Of a stretch of DNA of 64,000 nucleotides, positions 1-7,967 are shown one piece after another. The notes below the pieces were generated by a model. It ran no database searches. It worked only from the letters and a program-made list of their open reading frames with translations, and had not been told where the DNA came from. The position numbers were made by a program, and so were the translations under genes. The DNA is taken from positions 196 to 64,195 of the forward strand of contig JBBSVW010000073.1 in NCBI GenBank assembly GCA_038046605.1, given 5' to 3'. Each line of letters begins with the position of its first letter. Positions within the stretch are counted from its first letter, which is position 1. This DNA comes from Candidatus Micrarchaeota archaeon. GTDB taxonomy: Archaea > Micrarchaeota > Micrarchaeia > Norongarragalinales > SBBD01.

Positions 1-717
1 GATTATGGGGACGAATCGGCCTTCGTTCAGTTTAGGGGGCCATCGATATTCCTCATCCAGGCAAGTTTCCAAACCAACTGCGCCAAGTATGTGGCATATT
101 GGACCGTGTCAAAAGCGCCATTCCCGGTATTGGAAGTTGATTTCAGGCAGGTTGATATCGGGGAACGAGTTTGCATGAAATGCCTGGGAATGGATCATGT
201 GACTGCAGTGCTCAACCTTTCGTACGTGGATTCTCCTACCCTTCTTGAAAAAATTATAATAAAACGGGAGGGCAAACTTATTGCAGAAAAAATATTCAAG
301 GGCGCATTTTGTGGAGGAATTGCCGCATTCCAATGTCCATCTGGCTATGAGTGCATGCTTGATGGCTCTTATCCGGATGCCGGCGGCGAATGTATTCTAG
401 GCATTGGGGTGCTTCAGGGAAATGTTGCGCTAGGCCCCATTTGTCCCGTTGAACGGCAGGATGTGCCGTGCCCCGTGCCTCCTGAGGCGTATACAAGTAG
501 GAAGCTGATTGCAACAGGCCCCTTGCCCTTTGAAAAAGCGACCCAAATTAACATCAATGCTTCCGGCAGCTACTCGATCAATTTAGCCCCCGGCACTTAC
601 TCGATAAGTCTAAATGATCAAAGCATGGGGAGAGGAAGCAATTTGCCTGCAACCGTTACAATAAGGGCCGGTGAAGCAACTACCTTCGATGTAGACATCG
701 ATACGGGCATCCGCTAG
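1..717 (+). CDS. Cys-rich secreted/extracellular protein, 5'-partial, with C-terminal carboxypeptidase-regulatory-like beta-sandwich repeat (SYSINLAPGTYSISL...TVTIRAGE)
   Basis: Frame 1 is open from position 1 with no stop before the listed Met at 91. Multiple Cys pairs; C-terminal Ig-like motif. Confidence 0.45.
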   Translation, partial: DYGDESAFVQFRGPSIFLIQASFQTNCAKYVAYWTVSKAPFPVLEVDFRQVDIGERVCMKCLGMDHVTAVLNLSYVDSPTLLEKIIIKREGKLIAEKIFKGAFCGGIAAFQCPSGYECMLDGSYPDAGGECILGIGVLQGNVALGPICPVERQDVPCPVPPEAYTSRKLIATGPLPFEKATQININASGSYSINLAPGTYSISLNDQSMGRGSNLPATVTIRAGEATTFDVDIDTGIR

Positions 718-800
718 TAAAAAATATATTAAAAAGCGCCATGCTTCGCGCAATCCTTGATATTTGAAAATACCCCATTGCACAAGTTGGGCTATTATTA

Positions 801-1817
801 ATGGCCCGAATACATTATTTTATGCAAAAAATACTCGTTTTGTTAATTAGCCTCTTTCTGCTTGGCTGTACCCAGCCAAATCCGCCAAATGTCGAGAATG
901 CGATTTCGCCCATTTCCTCCTCAACAATAATTGCTACTGATGCAATCCAACCTACCCTTTCCCAAACCCCAACAATTGGGCCAACTCTGGAAGAAATGAA
1001 GGCAGAATGCAGGCGGTTTACCTTGCCATCCGATTGCAATGACGTGCCCGCGGAAAACGGGGGAGATTTCTGCAGGAAGTGCAAGGATTTGGGGATTGCG
1101 GCAAGCGCCATCCCTTCTGAACAGGCAATTGCCAATGCAAGCCCCTCAATTAATGCCCCAACGCAGGTAATGTGGCAATACATTGACGAATGGAAGCCCA
1201 ATGCTGCGCCTCCTGCTTGCCCTGAAAAAATAATCTCCCAAGTGCCGGTAGATTTTAGCAAGGCAACTTCGATTCTTTATCCGGGGCAGGTGCGTGGAGG
1301 AAATTACAAACCCCACGGGGGCATAAGGTTTGACAATTCGAATAACAATATCAAAGTCTATGCACCCCCCGAAGGCATATTTTTCCGCGGCAGCCGCTAT
1401 CTGGAAAATGGTGAACTCCAATACCTGATTGACATCATGCATCCGTGCGGAATTATGCATAGGTTCGACCATTTAATGGAGCTTTCACCCAAATTTGCCA
1501 AGGAGGCTCAAAAGTTTCGTCAAGCAGTTGAGGGCGATTCAAGGACAACCGAAATTGAGCCACTAGAAATTGAGGCTGGAGAACTTATTGCAACGAAAAT
1601 AGGCAAGATTGGCAATACGGGTATGGATTGGGGGGTGTATGATTTAAGGCAAAAGAATGATGCTTCAAAAAATCCGGTTTGGCTTTCGCAGCATCCAGGC
1701 CAGCTTACCCCGCATGCGCTTTGCTGGCTTGAACTGTTGCCTCCATCTGACAAGGAACGGGCATACTCTCTCCCCGGCGGTGATTTTTACTCTGGAAAGC
1801 AAAGCGACTATTGTTAG
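801..1817 (+). CDS. Putative lipoprotein / secreted protein (Ser/Thr-rich linker, Cys-containing domain)
   Basis: N-terminal hydrophobic segment followed by lipobox-like LLGC. Low-complexity S/T/P linker after the signal peptide. Confidence 0.5.
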   Translation: MARIHYFMQKILVLLISLFLLGCTQPNPPNVENAISPISSSTIIATDAIQPTLSQTPTIGPTLEEMKAECRRFTLPSDCNDVPAENGGDFCRKCKDLGIAASAIPSEQAIANASPSINAPTQVMWQYIDEWKPNAAPPACPEKIISQVPVDFSKATSILYPGQVRGGNYKPHGGIRFDNSNNNIKVYAPPEGIFFRGSRYLENGELQYLIDIMHPCGIMHRFDHLMELSPKFAKEAQKFRQAVEGDSRTTEIEPLEIEAGELIATKIGKIGNTGMDWGVYDLRQKNDASKNPVWLSQHPGQLTPHALCWLELLPPSDKERAYSLPGGDFYSGKQSDYC

Positions 1818-1961
1818 GCATTGAAAGAATGCTCCTAATGACTCTTAATGCAAAGGCCGCCTGCAAGAAATACCCCGAGAAGATTGCCAATGCAAGATAC
1901 CCCTAAAATATTCCTTAACTTAACCAAATGCTTAAATATGTGATTACACTTATGCTTATGC

Positions 1962-2213
1962 GTGATAAATATGGCAAATGTTACCCTATTCATTCCGGAT
2001 GAACTGAAAAGGCGGATGAGTAGGCACAAGGATATCCGCTGGTCAAGTGCAATCAGGACCCTAATTGAGGATAGGCTGGATATGTATGAGGAGTCCGAAA
2101 TACTTGCACAGGGCAGCAGACTAACCGATAAGGACGTAGCTTTCCTAACTCAAAAAGTGGATGCGGCAACACGCAAACACGTAAAGGCGCTAATGAATGC
2201 GAATCGTAATTGA
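1962..2213 (+). CDS. Ribbon-helix-helix (CopG/VapB-like) antitoxin
   Basis: Small basic protein, N-terminal VTLFIPDELKRRM beta-strand typical of RHH. Overlaps the downstream PIN gene. Confidence 0.55.
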   Translation: MINMANVTLFIPDELKRRMSRHKDIRWSSAIRTLIEDRLDMYEESEILAQGSRLTDKDVAFLTQKVDAATRKHVKALMNANRN

Positions 2214-2607
2214 TGCCAACATTTTGTTTGCCGCACTTCTCCGCAAGGGCTTGACCCGGCGCCTATTGTTCAATTCAGACATCAAATTGCTAGCGCCTGG
2301 ATTTATCCTAGCCGAGTTCATAAAGCACAGGAACTATTTGATTGGAAAGTTCGATCATAGCCCTGACGAATTCGATGAACTATCCTCTAATATACTTTCG
2401 GTAATCGAGCTTGTTCCCGACAATGAACTCGAACCCTATCTGGGCGCCTCCAAAACACTCGTTACCGACTTGAAGGATTGCCTATATATCGCGGTTGCAT
2501 TAAAGGAAAATGCCGCAATTTGGTCGAATGATGGTGGGATGAAAACGCAGCGCAGGATTAAGGTTTACACAACGGATGAACTCGCATCGGAATTTGGACT
2601 GCTATAA
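2197..2607 (+). CDS. vapC: PIN-domain ribonuclease (VapC-like toxin)
   Basis: MRIVIDANIL N-terminus with Asp6. Further acidic residues (TDLKD, SND) at PIN positions. 136 aa; translationally coupled to the upstream RHH gene. Confidence 0.75.
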   Translation: MRIVIDANILFAALLRKGLTRRLLFNSDIKLLAPGFILAEFIKHRNYLIGKFDHSPDEFDELSSNILSVIELVPDNELEPYLGASKTLVTDLKDCLYIAVALKENAAIWSNDGGMKTQRRIKVYTTDELASEFGLL

Positions 2608-2609
2608 AT

Positions 2610-2621
2610 AATGCTCCAAAC
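2610..2621. repeat. Direct repeat copy of tRNA-Glu 3' end (atgctccaaacg), att-like
   Basis: Exact 12-mer identical to 4729-4740, the tRNA-Glu 3' acceptor/T-stem region. Confidence 0.5.
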
Positions 2622-2657
2622 GAACTCGGTGGGCAAAATACTAATGCTCTAATCCAA

Positions 2658-3356
2658 TCAGTTTGAGCGCATTCCAACTTTCCTGGCTTGAATAAATCCA
2701 AAAAATGCATCGCTGTGTGCAATTGCCTCGGTTAGCGAATTGAACATAAATCCTTCCTTTTGCAGTTGCCTAAGTCCGCGCTTCGGATCCACCTTGGTTT
2801 TATGGATTGCCAAGGAGCGCTCTACTGAACCCCCCTTGGTGCCTACAATATTCCTTAGAATCCCCCTAAGCCGCATTTGCTTTTGGAATATCCTGTTAAC
2901 GGCTTCTGTTTTAGGAGATTTTGGCTCAACTCTTTTGAGAAGATCTACATTAATGGTCGCTATCCCACTTTTACGTACAGTTGCATTTACCGATTTCCAA
3001 CCTTGCGCCCATCCAAGCTCCCAATTCCGCAGATTGTGATATTCCTGCCTTACTTCCGGAGGCAACATGGAAAAAAAGCCAAGCTCCCTGGCCCGCTTCT
3101 CGATCTGCATTCGCCTAATCGTCCTTTCCGTCCTTTGCTGTTCCATTTGTCTTGTCAATACGCGAGGGTGTATTTCGAAAGTTCTTACGACTACTTCCCC
3201 TTCCCTGCGGCCTGGCCTAATTGCTACTGCTTTTACCCCGGTCGAAGTAAATTGCCCGCGATTACTTCTTTGCATTATCGTAAGCGTCCCGGTCGGGAGT
3301 GTTTCATACTTAGGTTCCCGTTGCCTTTTGCCGCTTCTTGGAATTATCCTACCCAT
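2658..3356 (-). CDS. Hypothetical basic (Arg/Lys-rich) protein, candidate cargo of an integrated element
   Basis: Longest ORF in the interval. Bounded by att-like repeats at 2610 and 3419. No recognisable catalytic motif. Confidence 0.4.
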   Translation of the reverse strand: MGRIIPRSGKRQREPKYETLPTGTLTIMQRSNRGQFTSTGVKAVAIRPGRREGEVVVRTFEIHPRVLTRQMEQQRTERTIRRMQIEKRARELGFFSMLPPEVRQEYHNLRNWELGWAQGWKSVNATVRKSGIATINVDLLKRVEPKSPKTEAVNRIFQKQMRLRGILRNIVGTKGGSVERSLAIHKTKVDPKRGLRQLQKEGFMFNSLTEAIAHSDAFFGFIQARKVGMRSN

Positions 3357-3386
3357 TTCAAAATTAATGGTCGAAAGACTATATAA

Positions 3387-3460
3387 TCCAAACGGAGCAT
3401 TAGCTGGTAAAAAACGGATGCTCCAAACGAGAAACAGTAGCCACGGAACGGATGCTCCTA
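3387..3460. repeat. Cluster of degenerate tRNA-Glu 3'-end copies (att scars)
   Basis: tccaaacggagcat (3387-3400), acggatgctccaaacg (3414-3430) and acggatgctcc (3447-3460) all match the tRNA-Glu 3' end, atgctccaaacgg. Confidence 0.5.
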
Positions 3461-3504
3461 TTTTTGCAATAGGAATATGGGTGAAAAGTTATATTAACTT
3501 GCTC

Positions 3505-4170
3505 TTAAGAAATTTTGGCTTCCTTATCTCCTTTCATATCAAGAAATAGGTCGTTGTTTACGAGAGCCATTAATGCCCCATTCAAGTATAAGTCTTCAGA
3601 ATATTTACTTGAAAAAAGTATTTCTAAAAACTGCTTTTTTGCAAATTTGTGCGAGGCGTCAACTGCTTCGGAAGCCGTACTTCCATTTATTAACGATTTT
3701 GGGATTTGATTCGAAGCCTCCAAAACCGGCCTTGCCATTGGATCCTTTAACGGCCTTGCGATGTATTCGTACTGAAATGGAATTATGAACTCTTTTTTGT
3801 AACCGATGAAAGCTCGCCCCCCTTTCATAATAGATGCTTCGCCTAACTCCTCTAAGCAATTACAGGCTCTTATGAACGTCACCGTATTTGCTAAAGCTTC
3901 TGCCGAAGAGAGTGTAATCACTTCTTCAAGATTATGCCCACAATAGCTATCCTTGCTGCCATGGCCATTAAGAAATACGAAATCGGGTTTTACTGAATTG
4001 AGTCTTCCAATAATATTTTTTTGGGTTACTTCATCTCCCCTAACATCGGTTACATTATAGCCGGAACTTTTCGCTTCTGTAATAATTTCCTCGCTCCAAA
4101 AGAATAAGTAGTTTGTGCCATTGTCATAATTAGGGCGGGCAATCAGTATCTTTTTCATGAATTTAATCAC
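3505..4170 (-). CDS. Compact caspase/hemoglobinase-fold-like putative cysteine peptidase (His-Gly ... Ala-Cys dyad)
   Basis: FVFLNGHGS followed ~35 aa later by FIRACNC. N-terminal KKILIARPNY beta-strand start. 221 aa. Confidence 0.45.
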   Translation of the reverse strand: MIKFMKKILIARPNYDNGTNYLFFWSEEIITEAKSSGYNVTDVRGDEVTQKNIIGRLNSVKPDFVFLNGHGSKDSYCGHNLEEVITLSSAEALANTVTFIRACNCLEELGEASIMKGGRAFIGYKKEFIIPFQYEYIARPLKDPMARPVLEASNQIPKSLINGSTASEAVDASHKFAKKQFLEILFSSKYSEDLYLNGALMALVNNDLFLDMKGDKEAKIS

Positions 4171-4387
4171 TTAGAGTAGCTGAAAGGCGGGGCATCTGTT
4201 TAATGAACTCCAGTTGCATATCCACTATTGCCTTGCCCGTATCGGTTTCCTTCCGTACTTCGCTGATTAATTCCTCCTTTGTATACGTTCCATGACTTCC
4301 AATGGAAAAGCCCACATTAGGGGGCATTGTCTGAAGCCGGGCCACAACTAATTTCTTTATTATTTCAGCATATGCCATCTTTACCAC
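4163..4387 (-). CDS. Small hypothetical protein (74 aa), operon partner of the His-Cys protein
   Basis: 8-nt overlap with the downstream gene. No known motif. Confidence 0.4.
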   Translation of the reverse strand: MVKMAYAEIIKKLVVARLQTMPPNVGFSIGSHGTYTKEELISEVRKETDTGKAIVDMQLEFIKQMPRLSATLSD

Positions 4388-4392
4388 CTGTT

Positions 4393-4626
4393 CTACAATA
4401 AACTTGCCTCTTTTAAGAATTTAAGGATTTTGTTCCCCTTTTCGGTATTATTGCTTATTTCGAGATATGCAGAAAACCAAGAATAGGTTTGCTCATCCAC
4501 AACCGCTATAATTTCCCCCCTCAGGGGCCCAGGTACTGATGCAAATAGCTTCAGGAAGCTGGGTCTGAGAGTTTCAAGATCCTCGCCCATATTATCATCC
4601 ATTCGGGATACTAGAACTCGCAGCAA
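4393..4626 (-). CDS. Small hypothetical protein (77 aa), first gene of three-gene cassette
   Basis: 5-nt spacing to the next gene on the same strand. Acidic N-terminus. Confidence 0.4.
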   Translation of the reverse strand: MLRVLVSRMDDNMGEDLETLRPSFLKLFASVPGPLRGEIIAVVDEQTYSWFSAYLEISNNTEKGNKILKFLKEASLL

Positions 4627-4693
4627 ATATATAATCCAGTAGGCTTTGCTGAGTCTTTAGGCTGCGGAAGGATGTACCGAAATCTCTCTTTTC

Positions 4694-4715
4694 TTCCAAA
4701 CGGATTTACAAACCG
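4694..4715. repeat. Degenerate copy of tRNA-Glu T-arm/3' end (tccaaacggatttacaaaccg)
   Basis: 18/21 identity to 4732-4752 of the adjacent tRNA-Glu. Confidence 0.45.
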
Positions 4716-4728
4716 AAAAGAAAAAAAA

Positions 4729-4886
4729 TGCTCCAAACGGGATTTGAACCCGTGTCGAAGGCTTTTTCCACCAAAAGAAATCATCCTTAATTTCTTTCTT
4801 TTGGACCCCTAGTTTTCTTTCTTTCCAAAAGAAAGAAAAATGGGGTTGAGAAGCCCTTATCCTTGACCGAGCTAGACGATTGGAGC
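4729..4886 (-). tRNA. tRNA-Glu (anticodon CUC) with ~83-nt intron at canonical 37/38 position (approx 4764-4846)
   Basis: Hand-folded. Acceptor GCUCCAA/UUGGAGC, U8, A14, D-stem GUCU/GGAU, anticodon stem AGGGC/GCCUU, loop UUCUCAA, T-arm ACGGG-UUCAAAU-CCCGU, A73. CCA not encoded. Confidence 0.75.
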
Positions 4887-4962
4887 AGCTGATCGGGACT
4901 ATATTCTGGTCCAGCACATTATTAATTATTGGTCGGCAGCTTGAAAATCAGTTTCTTTTGCC

Positions 4963-5247
4963 CTACAAGAGCGCCTGCCCATCCTTCGTGCAGAATTTCG
5001 TGTCCAAAGGATATTCCGTTTTGCATTTCTGGCAAACAAGGAATAGTTTGGTGCCATCATCCGGGCAGAATTTCATGCCAAGGTCAGCAATTTTCTTCTT
5101 GCATTTTGGGCATTGCCTAGGGCCTGGAGCCTTTACGCCTTGTATTCCCTTATTCACCGCCCCGGAAACGCCCGAAGAAATTCCGCCCGCCGCCTTATTG
5201 CTCAAATCCGTTGTGACTCTTCCAACAATACTATCAAATATTCCCAT
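4963..5247 (-). CDS. Double zinc-ribbon domain protein
   Basis: Two CPxC...C..DG motifs (CPKC...FCPDDG; CQKC...FCTKDG). Confidence 0.45.
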   Translation of the reverse strand: MGIFDSIVGRVTTDLSNKAAGGISSGVSGAVNKGIQGVKAPGPRQCPKCKKKIADLGMKFCPDDGTKLFLVCQKCKTEYPLDTKFCTKDGQALL

Positions 5248-5331
5248 ATGACCACCAAAAAGCTACGAATTATGGATTATTAATTATTGGGTTTCTTCTA
5301 CTTTGGGGGCCTATTTCTAAAGTGTTGTGCC

Positions 5332-5898
5332 ATGGCAAAAATCTACACCAAAACAGGCGACTCCGGCGAAACCTCGTTCTATGGGGGGAAACGCATCCCA
5401 AAGCACGATCTGCGGCTGGAGGTATACGGTTCACTTGACGAGCTTAATTCCATTCTGGGGATGGCAAGGTCGCTATATGATCTGGGGGCAAAAACCGGCA
5501 TGCTGAATGATAGCGCTGAAATTGAGCCGCTCCTGAAAAGCCTCCAGGATGACCTATTTGTGGTGGGTTCGGATCTAGCAGCTCCGGAACACAACAAAAT
5601 CGCGCGGGTTTCCCCCAAAATGGTTGAAAGGCTCGAAAAGGAAATAGATGCGCTTGATTCCAAGCTGCCGCCACTTGCCAATTTCATCCTCCCAAGCGGC
5701 ACAATTGCGGCATCAACAATCCATCATGCAAGGACAGTTTGCCGTAGGGCGGAAAGAAAACTCTCAGATCTCAACTCCAAGGAAAAGATAAATCCGGAGC
5801 TATTGAAATATATCAATAGGCTCTCAGATCTACTATTTGTAATGGCAAGATCCGAGAACCATGCCGCTGGCTTTGGGGATGAGGTTTGGAAACCCTAA
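5332..5898 (+). CDS. PduO-type ATP:cob(I)alamin (corrinoid) adenosyltransferase
   Basis: IYTKTGDSGETS...R.EVYGSLDELNS N-terminal signature of the MMAB/PduO family. Start moved to internal ATG at 5332. Confidence 0.75.
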   Translation: MAKIYTKTGDSGETSFYGGKRIPKHDLRLEVYGSLDELNSILGMARSLYDLGAKTGMLNDSAEIEPLLKSLQDDLFVVGSDLAAPEHNKIARVSPKMVERLEKEIDALDSKLPPLANFILPSGTIAASTIHHARTVCRRAERKLSDLNSKEKINPELLKYINRLSDLLFVMARSENHAAGFGDEVWKP

Positions 5899-5915
5899 CC
5901 TAATAAAAAAAAATA

Positions 5916-6094
5916 TGCAGGGGAAGGGATTTTCATGCCTTGCCGCTAAATTCGGCGGAGCCGCAAAAGTGTTTTCTTTGGCGGCGCCATCGCCTTTCTT
6001 TTTCAAAAGAAAGGCAAGGCGATTTGAACCCTCGAACCCCTAAGGGATCAGACCCTGAATCTGACGCATTTGACCAGTCTTTGCTACCCCTGCA
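5916..6094 (-). tRNA. tRNA-Leu (anticodon CAG) with ~94-nt non-canonical intron in the T-loop/T-stem junction (approx 5929-6022)
   Basis: Acceptor GCAGGGG pairs perfectly with CCCCUGC at 5917-5923; A73 at 5916. D-arm GCAA...UGC, anticodon arm UCAGA-UUCAGGG-UCUGA, long variable arm. T-stem GAGGG + UUCAAAU, then intron, then CCCUU. Confidence 0.6.
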
Positions 6095-6180
6095 TAAGGG
6101 TTAGGATTAGAGACGGTGAAGAATAAAAATAATGGGATTTGGATGAAATCCGATTCTGAAAACAAATGGGAATGCGCATA

Positions 6181-6630
6181 TCAACGGTTGATTGGCGGGG
6201 TTGTAAAATTTCTTTCCCCAAAATCGCCCATGCAAATCAAATCCCTATTGCTAACTATGCATTTTCCCTTCAATTCCCCGCGTGGGTTTTGCACTGCGCA
6301 GGCATCCCCATCTGATTTTCCCTTGCAGGCAGTCAACGCTTCTTGCATCCTTTGCTTTTGCATCTGCGCTCTTTGTTCATCCGTCATGTTCCCAAATGTT
6401 CCGTTCCCAAAGCCGCCAATTCCGCTTCCGTTCCCCCCAAAGCTCCCATTGCGAGGCCCTCCAAATGTCCCATTCCTAAATCCGGAGCCGTTGCGATAGC
6501 CATCTCCTGGCCTTCCCTGATATGGCGCGCCATTCCCTCCGTCCTGATTGCCATTTTCGGTGCATCCCATGAGAAGGAATGACGATGCGATTATTGCCAT
6601 TGTCAAAATCCGAAATGTTATTTTTTTCAC
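6181..6630 (-). CDS. Gly/Asn-rich lipoprotein
   Basis: Signal peptide with LLMGC lipobox. Repetitive GNGS/GFGNGT low-complexity region. Cys-containing C-terminal domain. Confidence 0.5.
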   Translation of the reverse strand: MKKITFRILTMAIIASSFLLMGCTENGNQDGGNGAPYQGRPGDGYRNGSGFRNGTFGGPRNGSFGGNGSGIGGFGNGTFGNMTDEQRAQMQKQRMQEALTACKGKSDGDACAVQNPRGELKGKCIVSNRDLICMGDFGERNFTTPPINR

Positions 6631-6695
6631 TCTTAATCACCCAATAAATTCTCCTAAATAAACGATTTTTTCAAATTTAGATTCAATTGGGGTGG

Positions 6696-7967
6696 TCATT
6701 CGTAGCGCAATGACTCTACGGGCTGCAATTTCGCAGCATTCCTTGCCGGCAATGCGCCGGATACTATGCCAACGACTCCCGAAAATGCCAGCGCCATAAG
6801 CGCCAGATCAAACGTGATCAGGCTGGGCACTGAAAATGCCGCCAAAATTTGTGAAACAATTAGGCTGAGGATGATTCCAAGCATTCCGCCCGCAAGCCCT
6901 ATGATTGCAGCTTCCGTCAGGAACATTGCCGTCACCTCCGAATCCTTCATCCCAAGCGATTTCAAAATCCCAATTTCCCTAGTTCGCTCAAGCACGCTCA
7001 TGAACATGGTGTTTGCAACCCCAATTGCGCCGACCAGAAGGGAAATTGCGGCAATCCCCCCAAGGAATAGTGCCAGCATGTTTGTCACATCGGAAACCGT
7101 GGACTGCAGGAACGAAGCCGTTGTGATTGTGAAATCCGCCTTGTCGGCAGTGAGGCGATGCAACTCCAAAAGCTTAGTTTCTATTTTGGCTGCCACCTCA
7201 TCGGGGGATTTTCCAGGCGCTACCTTTATGAAAATCTGGTTTGCATTTTCCGATTCGTTAAGGATGGCTTTGGCAACCTCGATTGGAACATAAATAACAT
7301 TATCCGATGTAGTAAGGGAACCCGATGTTTGGTTGAGAAGGCCAACAACCCTAAGGGAATAATCGCCAATTTTAATTTGCCTATTTAGGAGCTCCTCCCC
7401 CCCGAACGTTGCGGAATGGACACGATAGCCAAGCACGACTGAAAAGCGGTCATTTGGGTTTAGCAGTTTCCCATCTAATAATGTGGTCGTGCTAATTTGG
7501 TTGAAAGCAGAAGGGTCAATCCCAACAATTTGAACCGTGGAGTTCCTGCCCTTGAATGATGCGCGCTTGCTTGCCTGTAACCTTGCATCAACGGCAATTA
7601 CCCCCTCTATCAATTTCAAATCCTGCGCTTCTGAAAATTTTAATTCATTAGTTCCCTGGTTGATCCTTCCCCCAAAAGTTCCCCCACCACCCGGAGGGCC
7701 GCCTCCACCAAAGCCTCCGCCGCCCCCGCCAATGAATACTCCCCCTCCCTCCCTAATCGAGCGGCTTGCTCCGGGGGTGATTTGAATCACATCATTCCCA
7801 AGCTGGTTAAGCCGAGAGCTCACCTGCTGATTTACTCCATTTGCAAGTGAGATCAGGATAATGATTGAAGCAACCGCTATCACTATCCCAAGGACCGTAA
7901 GCATTGCCCTAAGCTTCCTTCCCCTCATATTGTTAACTGACAAAAACGCAACATCCTTGTACTTCAT
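6696..7967 (-). CDS. ABC transporter permease, MacB/FtsX family, with poly-Gly insert in extracytoplasmic domain
   Basis: N-terminal TM, large extracytoplasmic domain, C-terminal FtsX-like 3-TM region. 4-nt overlap with the upstream COG1361 gene. Confidence 0.8.
   Translation of the reverse strand: MKYKDVAFLSVNNMRGRKLRAMLTVLGIVIAVASIIILISLANGVNQQVSSRLNQLGNDVIQITPGASRSIREGGGVFIGGGGGGFGGGGPPGGGGTFGGRINQGTNELKFSEAQDLKLIEGVIAVDARLQASKRASFKGRNSTVQIVGIDPSAFNQISTTTLLDGKLLNPNDRFSVVLGYRVHSATFGGEELLNRQIKIGDYSLRVVGLLNQTSGSLTTSDNVIYVPIEVAKAILNESENANQIFIKVAPGKSPDEVAAKIETKLLELHRLTADKADFTITTASFLQSTVSDVTNMLALFLGGIAAISLLVGAIGVANTMFMSVLERTREIGILKSLGMKDSEVTAMFLTEAAIIGLAGGMLGIILSLIVSQILAAFSVPSLITFDLALMALAFSGVVGIVSGALPARNAAKLQPVESLRYE

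Noticed and set aside
2658-3356. 232-aa basic protein as a tyrosine recombinase / SSV-type integrase fragment
   Set aside because: No R...HxxR...Y catalytic tetrad could be placed, so it is left as hypothetical cargo.
5861-6043. 60-aa ORF
   Set aside because: Overlaps the tRNA-Leu gene and its intron. No coding signal.
6021-6045. Plus-strand tRNA-like T-arm (ggcgatttgaaccctcgaacc)
   Set aside because: It is the reverse complement of the T-arm of the minus-strand tRNA-Leu. No plus-strand cloverleaf can be built.
7537-7785. Pro-rich 82-aa plus ORF (PPPPGGPPPPKPPPPPP)
   Set aside because: Reverse-complement artefact of the poly-Gly tract in the MacB-like permease.
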